A stretch of DNA of 64,000 bases from Octopus bimaculoides (lineage: Eukaryota): the NCBI RefSeq assembly GCF_001194135.2, contig NC_068981.1, forward strand, positions 57,658,201 to 57,722,200, in the 5' to 3' direction. Position numbers and translations under genes: made by a program. Shown in pieces: positions 1-23,945 of this stretch (within the stretch, counting starts at the first letter, position 1; every line of letters starts with the position of its first letter). The notes beneath the pieces were generated by a model. It had not been told where the DNA came from. It saw only the letters and a list, made by a program, of their open reading frames with translations, and searched no databases.

Positions 1-297
1 TTTGTTGTTATTTAGCTCGAAATTGTTCCTATTGCAATCAACTGCTCACTTCTCAAATGTTGTATATGTCTACGATACCCAATAGTTTCTACTTTTTTTA
101 AGATGGTAAGGTGTAATTTCTGAGAAATTTTGCTGGTATGATTTTAAAAGAACGCATCTTATCTATATGAAAATCATTTATGTAACATTTAACAAGATTA
201 TAATTAGATTGTTTGTCACCTAAATTTTGAAATATAAATGAAATTAATGATCTAAGCAATTGAAAATAAATTTAAAATGACTATTTTTAATTTTAAG

Positions 298-12964
<12,667 letters not shown>

Positions 12965-13409
12965 AAACAAAAAAATAGAGACCATGTATTACTTAGCTTT
13001 CTTTCAACACTGAAATGTATGATGTAAAATAAATTTATTACTGAATATCCTAAGTTCTTTGTATACTCATTGATTAGATTATGCCATTTCTTAAATTTAA
13101 GAAAAAGCTAGTCTTCTTAAAGGAAAACCAGATTAATGTATTTGAAATTGTCCTTCAAAGGACAATTTCATCAAACCACAAATAAAAATGTCTACTAAAA
13201 TCAATTTGTTTCTTTCTAACAATTGGAGAATAGGTTGCATGTTTTTCTTACAAAGAGTTCTCCTATCATTAGATTTTTATTAAAATCAAACCAAAAGTAC
13301 AAGTTTTCAATCTTTATAACAACAGTTTAAAGAATTTCTCAAACTATTGCAAAATGAATTTAACATCAAAATAAATGAAGATTCTTGAATTTTATATATA
13401 TATATATAT

Positions 13410-13440
<31 letters not shown>

Positions 13441-13612
13441 CATACATACATATATATTTCAGTTGTATAATCTAAACTAGAAAGAGTCACAACATGAATA
13501 ACAAACAAAATAAAGTGATTAAGAAAAATATAACATCTTTTATGACTTCATGATGAAAATCCCATTAATTTCATTTGAAAAGAGGATGAAGTTTTACAGT
13601 CAAGTTTTACAT

Positions 13613-14106
13613 AGGCATAGGAGTGGCTGTCTGGTAAGTAGCTTGCTTACCAACCACATGGTTGCGGGTTCAGTCCCACTGCATAGCATCTTGGGCAAGT
13701 GTCTTCTATTNNNNNNNNNNNNNNNNNNNNNNNNNNNNNNNNNNNNNNNNNNNNNNNNNNNNNNNNNNNNNNNNNNNNNNNNNNNNNNNNNNNNNNNNNN
13801 NNNNNNNNNNNNNNNNNNNNNNNNNNNNNNNNNNNNNNNNNNNNNNNNNNNNNNNNNNNNNNNNNNNNNNNNNNNNNNNNNNNNNNNNNNTATATATATA
13901 CGCGTGTGTGTTTGTCCTCTCAACATCGCTTGACAACCGATGCTGGTATGTTTACGTCCCCATAACTTAGCGGTTCGGCAAAAGAGACCAATAAAATAAA
14001 TACTAGGTTTCCAAAGAATAAGTCCTGGGGTCGATTTGCTCAACTAAAGGCAGTGCTCCAGCATGGCCACAGTCAAAAGACTGAAACAAGTAAAAGAGTA
14101 AAGAGA
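13613..14106 (+). mobile_element. tRNA-head SINE (interrupted by an assembly gap)
   Basis: Head GGCATAGGAGTGGCTGTCTGGTAAG..GGGTTCAGTCCCACTGC with A/B-box-like motifs, central TTGGGCAAGTGTCTTCTA, and a GTAAAAGAG tail. Related copies lie at about 1655-1790, 4820-5060, 37600-37980, 56530-56710 and 56900-57260. Confidence 0.8.
13711..13890. other. Assembly gap (further gaps at 21604-22290 and 23033-23606)
   Basis: Runs of N. Gaps fall in or next to repeats (SINE microsatellite, RTE copies). Confidence 1.
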
Positions 14107-14950
14107 GTCAATTAAACTAATTCCAGTATACTGTTAGTACAATTTTACTGACCTTGAAGCAATGAAAAATCAATTGCATTGAGATTTGAACTCAAAAATA
14201 TTGCAATTATCAATGCACTATTCAAGGAACCTATACTGAAAGCAAATCTCAAATCCAAATAAGCCCTTACTTCCCAATTTGCAAGACTTCTTTCATCACC
14301 TGGCATGGCATATTACAAAATGATACAACTCTATGCTATGGAATACGTTCGCATTCACAATGAAGATTGGATAATCATGCTGACTAATGAAATTTCTATA
14401 AAAAAAAAAAGGTTTCATCCTCAGAGATGAGATTAATATATGAGAAATTAGAATCATAATAATTCATCTTAGACATTTTAAACAAAGTTTTATGCTGCTA
14501 TTTATGGCTCTGAGAGGCTTGTGCTACTGAATATTTACAACTGAATGCCTTTTTTTTAATTACAAATTAAATGTCAACTGAGACTGGTACCGATCCAATT
14601 GATAACTACAGACGCTGGAGTCTTTCAGAGAAGCTGTCTTTAGACAAGACATCTAAAATCCTCAAACAGCTTCAAAAATTATACAATAAAATATAAGATG
14701 ATGATGACACCCAACTCAAATGTTTTATATTCACTACTTTGTTATGAAAATTGTTCCCCCTGCCCTATATTAATAATATACACTCATTTTTGTAAAGTAA
14801 AATGCCTGCAAAGTTGAGCCATTAGATGGTACACAGAAAAATCTTTTTTAAAAAATGCTGAATAAATGTTTATAAGTACGAATGGATCACCAAATATATA
14901 TTTATGAATATAATAGGTTAAATATATAAAACCCTCAAAACAAGGGGAAA

Positions 14951-17737
14951 TCATTTGTACGATCTGGAGTTATTGTCTCTATATTGATCATACTGATCAG
15001 TCCACCCACTTTTGTTTCTATTTTGGTTATAACCATAGTTTCCACCACCTCGCGGATTAAATCTTCTGTTATATCCTCCGCCTCCACCACCTCTGTTCTG
15101 TTGCCTATAACCTCCTCCCCCTCCATAACGATTTCCAGAGTAACCACTGCTGTTGTAACTGTCATTGTTCCAATTCATCAACATTGGAGGAGGATTATTA
15201 TAATTTCTTCCTTGATATAACTCCAAAGGTGGGGGAATCCTAGCACCATCTCCAGAGTAGCCTTGTTGTGTAGGTTGTTGATTCGGCTGATTGGTACTGT
15301 GGCGTATCATTCGTACCATTGCATTAACATCTGTTTCACGGTACCCAGAGTTTCTCTGAAATCCTAATTGAGGTCTATATGGCTGATTACGATTTTTCCT
15401 ATCATAGTCAGATGGTTTGATTGAGGGTGGTGGGAAAACAGCATTACGCAAAACTTTAGCAGAAAACAAAAAGTCATCACCATATTGTGGGTCAGTAAAA
15501 TATACACACAATGCTTGGTTTTTAAAATCCTTCAATTTTGAAAGAGGTGAGAAGAAAGTGTGGCCTGGTAAAACAGCAGTGTTATCACACCAAACAATAC
15601 CTGCCATACCATCAGCTAACTTTGGATTAATCTGTGACTTCACACTATATAGATTTTGCTCGTATAAAGAATCAAAGAAACTGTGAATTGGATTTTTACA
15701 ACCAACAAACAATCGGTCACTACCTCTGGTATTCCTAAGTTTTTCTTCACTTGTAAGATCATCATAAACAGTGCTAAGAGCTTTCTTTAGCCTAATTTCA
15801 TCAACAAAAGGAAGAAGAGCTACTCCTTGCCAAGCATATTTCTTGCCATTAAGATCAACTTTAAAATCAGTAGGATAAAAGTCAATAACTGGAGAATCCT
15901 CATCAACCATCAATCGCTGCCAAGTAACAGGTAAGAATTGACGACTAGCTGCTGGAAAAACTCCCATTAGCTGCTCTAAAGGTTTAAATGGTTCAGTGTT
16001 TTTTTCAAATTCATTTGATAGATCACCTACATTTAAAAAATCTGAGGCAAATGGTGCATAATGATATGGAAAATACCACTTCCAACTGGAACATCCTTGA
16101 TAGTAGTACCTCAAAACCCAACAGAGTCCACGTACATAATGATTAGCAACTTGATGCCGAAAAGCAACATCATCCTTATCAACATCAAATTTTGACTTAT
16201 AATACCTGTCCTTCCAACCATTTTCCCAGAGTTTTACATCATCTGCTGGCTCATCTTCTTCTTCATCGTCTTCATGCTTACGTTTGTTAGATTGGCTTCG
16301 TTCAGATTCATTTCTGGAAGAATTATCAGAGTGATTCTGTTTTGAACCATATGTCATTTTACGCATATCTGCTGCTGTTTGACGAGGATTTTGAACTGGG
16401 TCCCTATTACTTCCAACTGCTGATGGGGCATATTGTCCTCCAAGCATCCATTTTGGTTTATCTCCAAATTTAGCTCTCTTATTTTGCTTTTCTCGGCGCC
16501 GATATTCAATATCTCTTTGACGACGATTTTTGAAAATTTCATCCTCCACTTTTCCCAACTCTGACAGTACAAATTGTACTCTATCCAACTTTACCACACC
16601 ATCCTCAGTCAGATATCCTCCAGTTCTGTAAACACACCTTTTATAAATGCCAACAAGACGATCAATAGCTCCCTCTCTGATTTCCAATGATGGCAGATGA
16701 GGTAAGAAATCATTACCAACAAAAAAGCACATGAAGACCCAGTCATCGACAGCTCGTTCAAAATCGTATTTAAAGGGGAGCCCATCCATATGGAGTTGTA
16801 GTTGTAAGTGTTCTCTTAATACACACAATCGGATAAAAATGAACTCTTGTTCTGAACCCAATGCTTTTTCAAGTGGTTTGTCACATTCTTCTTTTGGTAA
16901 TCCAACACATTCTGTCATTTCATGACCTAACTGCCCGCATAGCTCACATGGTCTGGGTTGATTATATTTGAATTCTTCTCTTATTATAGTAAAATGTGGT
17001 TCATGTGTTGCCAGTCCCAACATTATCAAATCAGCGTCGGCTCCACAGAGACAGTGATGCGTATTTGGATCATGGTCAGGTTGGGCTCTCTGTCGTCGAA
17101 TATAATCCATAATTTTATGTTCTCCTTCTCCTGGAACATTTGCATCAGAAAGAATTACTTTGATGTTTTCCCATCCAGGTGCATTATTTAAGCGATCGTA
17201 GACGTAATAGCGAAGACATTCAGCAAGACGAAACATAAATGGAGTACCTGGAGTAATACAATTACTATCGAATCTTTCACCTTTTTCTTTCGGTGGTGGT
17301 AAATGGTAGCCTTTAGACAAAAGTTCATCTCGTAGTTTAGATTTTTCGAATTCGCTTTCAACTGCTTCTTTGGAAGAACGAAATCTCCGTGAACGCTGCT
17401 GGTTCATTTTTGCACGTGGAGCCACACCGTCGATGGCCATATACAAAAGCTTACGGGGTCGGCAAATGTTAAAAATTCTATCGATATATTCAAAAATATC
17501 AATCATCATTTCGTCTTCATTTGCGGGAGCAGGTTTGTTTTCAGGGTGACAACATGGATGAATAATGCCATTCATGTCTAAATATAGGTTATCAAATTCA
17601 ACATCGTTCGGGTTCGGCTTACTAGCGTCTACTGGTACTGTTGTGTCCTCAATTTCTTTTGGCTTCTCTTCCACACAATGTACAACAATTGATGTATACT
17701 TACGGCTTAGCCATCTGAAAAATGCTGGAACTCCCAT
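14951..17737 (-). CDS. XRN2: 5'-3' exoribonuclease 2 (Rat1/XRN2), single-exon 928-aa ORF
   Basis: Uninterrupted ORF beginning MGVPAFFRWLSRKY. It has the catalytic motifs FDNLYLDMNGIIHPC, AIDGVAPRAKMNQQRSRRF, FDSNCITPGT, PGEGEHKIMDYIR, CGADADLIMLGLATHE and FFVGNDFLPHLP. The CCHC knuckle (CELCGQLGHEMTEC) typical of XRN2 rather than XRN1 is present, as are SWKWYFPYHYAPFASD and a Gly/Arg/Tyr-rich tail. Confidence 0.98.
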   Translation of the reverse strand: MGVPAFFRWLSRKYTSIVVHCVEEKPKEIEDTTVPVDASKPNPNDVEFDNLYLDMNGIIHPCCHPENKPAPANEDEMMIDIFEYIDRIFNICRPRKLLYMAIDGVAPRAKMNQQRSRRFRSSKEAVESEFEKSKLRDELLSKGYHLPPPKEKGERFDSNCITPGTPFMFRLAECLRYYVYDRLNNAPGWENIKVILSDANVPGEGEHKIMDYIRRQRAQPDHDPNTHHCLCGADADLIMLGLATHEPHFTIIREEFKYNQPRPCELCGQLGHEMTECVGLPKEECDKPLEKALGSEQEFIFIRLCVLREHLQLQLHMDGLPFKYDFERAVDDWVFMCFFVGNDFLPHLPSLEIREGAIDRLVGIYKRCVYRTGGYLTEDGVVKLDRVQFVLSELGKVEDEIFKNRRQRDIEYRRREKQNKRAKFGDKPKWMLGGQYAPSAVGSNRDPVQNPRQTAADMRKMTYGSKQNHSDNSSRNESERSQSNKRKHEDDEEEDEPADDVKLWENGWKDRYYKSKFDVDKDDVAFRHQVANHYVRGLCWVLRYYYQGCSSWKWYFPYHYAPFASDFLNVGDLSNEFEKNTEPFKPLEQLMGVFPAASRQFLPVTWQRLMVDEDSPVIDFYPTDFKVDLNGKKYAWQGVALLPFVDEIRLKKALSTVYDDLTSEEKLRNTRGSDRLFVGCKNPIHSFFDSLYEQNLYSVKSQINPKLADGMAGIVWCDNTAVLPGHTFFSPLSKLKDFKNQALCVYFTDPQYGDDFLFSAKVLRNAVFPPPSIKPSDYDRKNRNQPYRPQLGFQRNSGYRETDVNAMVRMIRHSTNQPNQQPTQQGYSGDGARIPPPLELYQGRNYNNPPPMLMNWNNDSYNSSGYSGNRYGGGGGYRQQNRGGGGGGYNRRFNPRGGGNYGYNQNRNKSGWTDQYDQYRDNNSRSYK

Positions 17738-17759
17738 GTTTGATTCACAAATATCTTAA

Positions 17760-17860
17760 CAAACAGCGAGACACTCAATCGCAACGCTCAAGTTACGATA
17801 AACAATGGCTGTTTATACATTTCCGGTATCCATGGGCGAAAAGCTAACTTCCGTTTAATT
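17760..17860 (-). promoter_or_regulatory. Probable XRN2 core promoter / 5' UTR region
   Basis: CpG-containing patch immediately upstream of the XRN2 ATG, with two ETS-like cores (TTCCGG at about 17821, ACTTCCG at 17847-17853). Function is inferred. Confidence 0.45.
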
Positions 17861-17955
17861 TTGCAGTTAAGATTCTTGAAACATTAATATCTATATTTTT
17901 GTTTGTATGCAATACACGTTAATTCTTATTTTAAAATATATTGGAATAAAAAAAA

Positions 17956-18577
17956 GTCACTGTCATGGTATTAGCTGTCAGAAATGAAAGTAGAAAAATC
18001 CAAACAAGGAATGTTACTGCTGGTTTGAGTTGAAATCTGTTTCTTTGGCTACTGACTGGCCGGAGCTATCTGTCTGTCTGTCTCTCCCTCGTAGAATTTA
18101 AACAAATGAAATTCAGTTTAAACTTTATAAATAAATATATTTTTGCATTATTCATTATTGTTTTTAAAAACAAATCACATACACCAATCAGCACCACCAA
18201 TGACCACCACCACGCGTAATCCAAAGTTGGAATTAATCACAGCGATATTGCCATCGCCACCGCTACAACAGAAAATAGTATTAATTGGCTTAAGAGACAT
18301 GGACTTTTAAATACCCCCAAAATATGCCCCTCGTGTGGAGCTAGCATGATGGAAGTAGCCAAAAAGTTTTTTTTTCTAATTTGATAAATTCTACGGAAAC
18401 AAACGAAGGTGGACGAGTGATAGAGAGATAGACAGACAGACAGATAGATAGAAAGATAGATAGATAGCTCCGGCCAGTCAGTAGCCAAAGAAACAGATTT
18501 CAACTCAAACCAGCAGTAACATTCTTTGTTTAGATTTTTCTACTTTCGCTTCTGACAGCTAATACCATGACAGTGCC
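17956..18577 (+). mobile_element. Merlin (IS1595-like) non-autonomous element with long TIRs and 8-bp TSD
   Basis: About 110-bp TIRs (CACTGTCATGGTATTAGCTGTCAG...CCGGAGCTATC) with high identity, flanked by AAAAAAAA at 17948-17955 and 18578-18585. The interior encodes the remnant ENSINWLKRHGLLNTPKICPSCG, resembling the N-terminal Zn-finger region of ISXO2/Merlin transposases. Confidence 0.7.
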
Positions 18578-19565
18578 AAAAAAAATTATATATGTATATA
18601 TACTGAATTTTTTCATTTATCTATTTACAAAAAACCTTATCTGTATTAATGGAACGAGTATCAACTTTTAAGGGAACATTAAATGAAACTGTGGGCGAGA
18701 AGAGTTGTATTGCACAATCAACTTATGTTGTTATTATTTCAACAACCAAGTCTATGTTGCGCTAACAATATTAGCTAGGTATAATTTTGTATAGAATTTT
18801 CTTTCAGATTTTTGATTTTACGAAGGTGTGCAATAATTTTTATGATATCGTAGAATAAATAATAGTATATTGTTTGCTAACCTATATCATTTGAAATAAT
18901 TTCTAATCAATTAGAATCGTATTTGATGAAAGAGGTTTCCACGAATTTATAGGGAAGTGAAACTGGCTTAATGTGATACCTGTTTTTGGAAGTAAAGTGA
19001 AATATTTTCAACTGTAACCAAGGCCTCTAACTTTGTTGGTTGACCTAGAAATAGCGTCCACCTCTCCCTTAAATTACACTCCATTTTAAAAGAAGGCAAG
19101 AACACAAATAATGCACTCCTAGATACTCTCCCCTCTGAAAATAAAGGGATAGTCATGGAAAGCATTTGATCATATATCTTGTTAAATCAGGTTAACACAG
19201 CAGGTAAATCAAACCTTGCCCTCTTCTATATAGACAAGACAGACGGAGGTAAAGAATACGTACACCACCCACTTTCGGCGTAACAAAAACCTTAATCATA
19301 ACCCTGACTCTAAACCCTAACCCTAAACACCGGGTGTATGTATTCTTTACTTTCGCAGACAAGACCAATAGATAATGTGGGGGGGGGGGCGGTAATAGTT
19401 GAAAAGCCTTTAATCATAAGCCTCTTCGATAATGTTGACCTGGTGGTTAAAAAATACATAATCAAGAACTACAATGCTCAGTTTTCTTTGCTAGCAGTGG
19501 TTTACTATAAAATTTCTCTTACATCTTAATCACCATCTCCCCAGTAAGGTAACATTAGTTTATTT

Positions 19566-19654
19566 GGTAAATTTTCAGATTAACACCCGCACGCTAAAAC
19601 CCTGACCCTAACACCCAAGTGAAAATCGTGCGGGTGTTAATCTGAAAATTTACC
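19566..19654. mobile_element. 89-bp MITE with perfect 28-bp TIRs and 8-bp TSD (Merlin-like)
   Basis: GGTAAATTTTCAGATTAACACCCGCACG / CGTGCGGGTGTTAATCTGAAAATTTACC. GTTTATTT is duplicated at 19558-19565 and 19655-19662. Confidence 0.85.
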
Positions 19655-20289
19655 GTTTATTTTTAATAAACAAATCAAACCACTGAGGCAAAGTACTTGG
19701 AGATGCCATCCACATGGAAAAAAATAGTTAAATTTTTGTTAGCATATTTTAAGTAAGAAGCATCTACAAATTTCACTTTTTGAATTTAAGAAGACACCTA
19801 GATTGTGTGAATTTTTTAGGATCATTGTCCTCTCAGCCAAGCAATGTTTGTACTGTCTGGTTCTGTTGAGATACCACTCTGGTTGTTCCAGCAGCTTCCA
19901 GTTAATTTTATATGGCATTTCCTCATCTTTTAAATGCCATATATAACTGGCTAATGTTGTAACATTATGCCTCAGAGGACTTGTGGTTATTTAGTCTGGT
20001 CTAACATATTGCTGCTCCAACATATTTTCATGTATGTGTCCTTACATTGTTGCTGTTACTGTTGAACACCACCTCTACTTTGTAGATGCATTTCTTGAAC
20101 CTTGTCAATATGTACACTTTTGTCTTTTGCTTGAAGAAAATCTGCACCTTAATATATAAGAATAGTGAATAATATAGTCACTGATATTGCAGAATGCTTT
20201 CTGAGTTGTAAAAAAACTTGATGATCACAAGTGAAACAACTGTTTTCAATTTTAGGATGGAGGTATATAGAGTTAATTTAAGCAGAAGT

Positions 20290-21376
20290 TCCAGTCATAC
20301 AATCTAGCATGTCTACTCAAGAAGCCAAGAGACAACGCACTGTAAATTTGCTTCATGCCAGGGTTGCAATTAGATGTATTGCTGGGAGGCATCAAGAGAA
20401 AGCAAGGAAATAGAGGCATATATAAAAAATGGGATAATGCATTTCTTAAATCTCTCAAAGCCAAAATTTCGAAAGACCCAACAACATCTATGAGAAAACT
20501 GTCCATGGACATGAAAGTTGATCCAAAGACCATCAGAACTGCTGTACACACTGATTTACATTTGGGGGTCATATGTGAGGAACTTGAGACACCTATTGAC
20601 CCATGAAATGAAAGCCAGAAGGCACGAAAGGGCCAAAAATGTGTTGTGATATCAGAAGCACAATGGACAAACTGTCAAAATCTTTTCAGATGAAAAAATC
20701 TTTACCGTTGATACTGTTTTAAACCGTTGCCATGATCGATACATTGCTAAGTCACCTTCTGAAGTAAAGGGCATCTTTAGGACCAAGCACCCAGCTCAAG
20801 TCATGGTACTCGGTGTCATGGCGTCTGATGGACAAAAAGATGCCTCTCCATTTTTTTCAAGTTTGAGGAAAAGGTGGGGGCTGAAGTTTACTATAAAGTC
20901 CTGCAGTATAAGGTTTTGCCTTGGCTGAAGTCTAATTACCCCAATGGTAATTATGTGTGGACCTAAGATAGTTTTCTTTCTCATACGACAAAGAAAGTGT
21001 AGAAATTCTGCTAAGACAACTTTGCTGACTTTTGGCCTGCCAACTTCTGGCCTTCTTCCAGCTCAGACTTGAACCCCCTGGACTATGCCGTATGGGGAAA
21101 ATTGGAGCATTCTACCAACAGAGCTTCGCATCCAAGTGTTGATCATCTTAAGAAAAATGTCCTGGACGAAGAGTGGGACAAATGTCAGAGTACTTCATCA
21201 TGAAAAGTTGTGATGACTTCAGGCAGCATATGAAGGTAGACACATTGAATAAATTGTCTCTTTAAACACCTATAAACTTGTATTAAAATAATATTTACCT
21301 CGGGTTGCTGGTTGTTTATAAAATTAAGAATTTGGTAATTATCTATTATTTCCAAGATTTGGTTCCCCACCCTGTA
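20290..21376 (+). mobile_element. Decayed Tc1/mariner-superfamily transposon, DD37D (maT) type
   Basis: Interrupted transposase: HTH region KDPTTSMRKLSMDMKV, IFSDEKIF, TKHPAQVMVLGVMASDG, T*DSFLSH...WPSSSSDLNPLDYAVW. I count 37 residues between the second and third Asp. The 3' end CCCCACCCTGTA looks like a TIR; no matching left TIR was seen. Confidence 0.8.
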
Positions 21377-22290
21377 AATGTATTTATATACCCTAGAAAG
21401 GCATGCTGCTGTAGTTTTTATCTGAGAGAAAATCTCGTCATAGACATGTTAAAAACAATGTATATCAAAGCGAAATAAGCACCATCGCAGAATGACTCAT
21501 GGGACACATTTCACTTTTCTTGGGAGCTTGTCAATAATATGTATCAATTTGTCAAGTGCTTGAATGAAATTCATGTCCTGATATGCAAAAAAAGAGCGAA
21601 TATNNNNNNNNNNNNNNNNNNNNNNNNNNNNNNNNNNNNNNNNNNNNNNNNNNNNNNNNNNNNNNNNNNNNNNNNNNNNNNNNNNNNNNNNNNNNNNNNN
21701 NNNNNNNNNNNNNNNNNNNNNNNNNNNNNNNNNNNNNNNNNNNNNNNNNNNNNNNNNNNNNNNNNNNNNNNNNNNNNNNNNNNNNNNNNNNNNNNNNNNN
21801 NNNNNNNNNNNNNNNNNNNNNNNNNNNNNNNNNNNNNNNNNNNNNNNNNNNNNNNNNNNNNNNNNNNNNNNNNNNNNNNNNNNNNNNNNNNNNNNNNNNN
21901 NNNNNNNNNNNNNNNNNNNNNNNNNNNNNNNNNNNNNNNNNNNNNNNNNNNNNNNNNNNNNNNNNNNNNNNNNNNNNNNNNNNNNNNNNNNNNNNNNNNN
22001 NNNNNNNNNNNNNNNNNNNNNNNNNNNNNNNNNNNNNNNNNNNNNNNNNNNNNNNNNNNNNNNNNNNNNNNNNNNNNNNNNNNNNNNNNNNNNNNNNNNN
22101 NNNNNNNNNNNNNNNNNNNNNNNNNNNNNNNNNNNNNNNNNNNNNNNNNNNNNNNNNNNNNNNNNNNNNNNNNNNNNNNNNNNNNNNNNNNNNNNNNNNN
22201 NNNNNNNNNNNNNNNNNNNNNNNNNNNNNNNNNNNNNNNNNNNNNNNNNNNNNNNNNNNNNNNNNNNNNNNNNNNNNNNNNNNNNNNNNN

Positions 22291-22420
22291 NCATCCAGCT
22301 GTAGAAACTCTGCCAAATTAGATTGGAGCTTGGTGTTGCCATCCGGTTTCACCAGTCCTCAGTCAAATCGTCCAACCCATGCTAGCATGGAAAGCGGACG
22401 TTAAACGATGATGATGATGA
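22291..22420 (+). mobile_element. Young RTE LINE 3' end (emerging from gap)
   Basis: CATCCAGCTGTAGAAACTCTGCC...GGAAAGCGGACGTTAAACGATGATGAT. Confidence 0.85.
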
Positions 22421-22439
22421 TGATATATATATATATATC

Positions 22440-22471
<32 letters not shown>

Positions 22472-22599
22472 CACGGTGGGACAGAGAAGATGGACGTTTT
22501 TGAACTGGCTATTACTCAGCCCCAGGGGGAGGAACATAGGTCTGCAAGGACCTATGCCTCGAGGCATCCCACTGAACTTGGCATCGGTAACCATGCAGT

Positions 22600-22900
22600 A
22601 AGGTGTATTTTGCATGAAGATCTGCATTTCCACCCTTTCCAAGTTGTTGAAGATGACGATGAACAGTCTTCAACTGATAATGCAGGATTTTCTTCAAGTA
22701 ATGCCTCAAGGATGTCCTGTTTGATCTTTCAAGGCTGAAATCTCCACTTCTGAACTTTGCAAACCATCCTCTGCAAGTTCTTTCATTCAAGCATTCTTTC
22801 CCATAAACTGAGTGTATGAATTGCTTCAGCTGCAGAGTTTCCTTTTTTTGTACTCATAAAGCATTATGTGCCTCAAATGCTCTTTGGAGACTTCCATGTT
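22600..22900 (-). mobile_element. Mariner transposase N-terminal remnant
   Basis: Minus-strand translation MEVSKEHLRHIMLYEY...NERTCRGWFAKFRSGDFSLE is typical of the mariner HTH region; frameshifted. Confidence 0.75.
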
Positions 22901-23606
22901 AGAATCAAAGAAAAAAATTTTATTCTATTATTCTGTAAAATAATATTTAATTAGTTTAAATGTATACAAATGCATAAAAATAATTTTTAATTCCATTAGA
23001 CATTCTAAAATACTATTAAATTTCATTCAATTNNNNNNNNNNNNNNNNNNNNNNNNNNNNNNNNNNNNNNNNNNNNNNNNNNNNNNNNNNNNNNNNNNNN
23101 NNNNNNNNNNNNNNNNNNNNNNNNNNNNNNNNNNNNNNNNNNNNNNNNNNNNNNNNNNNNNNNNNNNNNNNNNNNNNNNNNNNNNNNNNNNNNNNNNNNN
23201 NNNNNNNNNNNNNNNNNNNNNNNNNNNNNNNNNNNNNNNNNNNNNNNNNNNNNNNNNNNNNNNNNNNNNNNNNNNNNNNNNNNNNNNNNNNNNNNNNNNN
23301 NNNNNNNNNNNNNNNNNNNNNNNNNNNNNNNNNNNNNNNNNNNNNNNNNNNNNNNNNNNNNNNNNNNNNNNNNNNNNNNNNNNNNNNNNNNNNNNNNNNN
23401 NNNNNNNNNNNNNNNNNNNNNNNNNNNNNNNNNNNNNNNNNNNNNNNNNNNNNNNNNNNNNNNNNNNNNNNNNNNNNNNNNNNNNNNNNNNNNNNNNNNN
23501 NNNNNNNNNNNNNNNNNNNNNNNNNNNNNNNNNNNNNNNNNNNNNNNNNNNNNNNNNNNNNNNNNNNNNNNNNNNNNNNNNNNNNNNNNNNNNNNNNNNN
23601 NNNNNN

Positions 23607-23945
23607 ACATAAGATGTACCATCCTGAGCGTGACCGTTGCCAGTACCGCCTGACTGGCCTTGTAGGGTTTTCGAGCGAGATCGTTGCCAGTGCCCCTGGA
23701 CTAGCTCTTGTGTGGGTGGCACATAAAAGACACCATTTTGAGCGTGGCCGTTTTCGTGCGGGTGACACGTAAAAGCACCCACTACACTCTCTGAGTTGTT
23801 GGCATTAGGAAGGGCATCCAGCTGTAGAAACTCTGCCAAATTAGATTGGAGCCTGGTGTAGCCATCCGTTTGCACCAGTCCTCAGTCAAATCGTCCAACC
23901 CATGCTAGCATGGAAAGCGGACGTTAAACGATGATGATGATGATA
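23607..23945 (+). mobile_element. Young RTE LINE 3' UTR (emerging from gap)
   Basis: Near-identical to the reverse complement of 10573-10920, ending in (GAT)n. Confidence 0.88.

Noticed and set aside
13613-13690. tRNA-like sequence
   Set aside because: SINE head: no complete cloverleaf or acceptor stem, and it continues into the SINE body.
13550-14043. Long ORFs in the track spanning X runs (also 21497-22404 and 23016-23875)
   Set aside because: Artefacts of N gaps being read through.
17530-17560. XRN2 Asn (HPENKP) as an A-to-I site restoring Asp
   Set aside because: Asn also occurs at this position in yeast Rat1 as I recall it, so no restoration argument holds.
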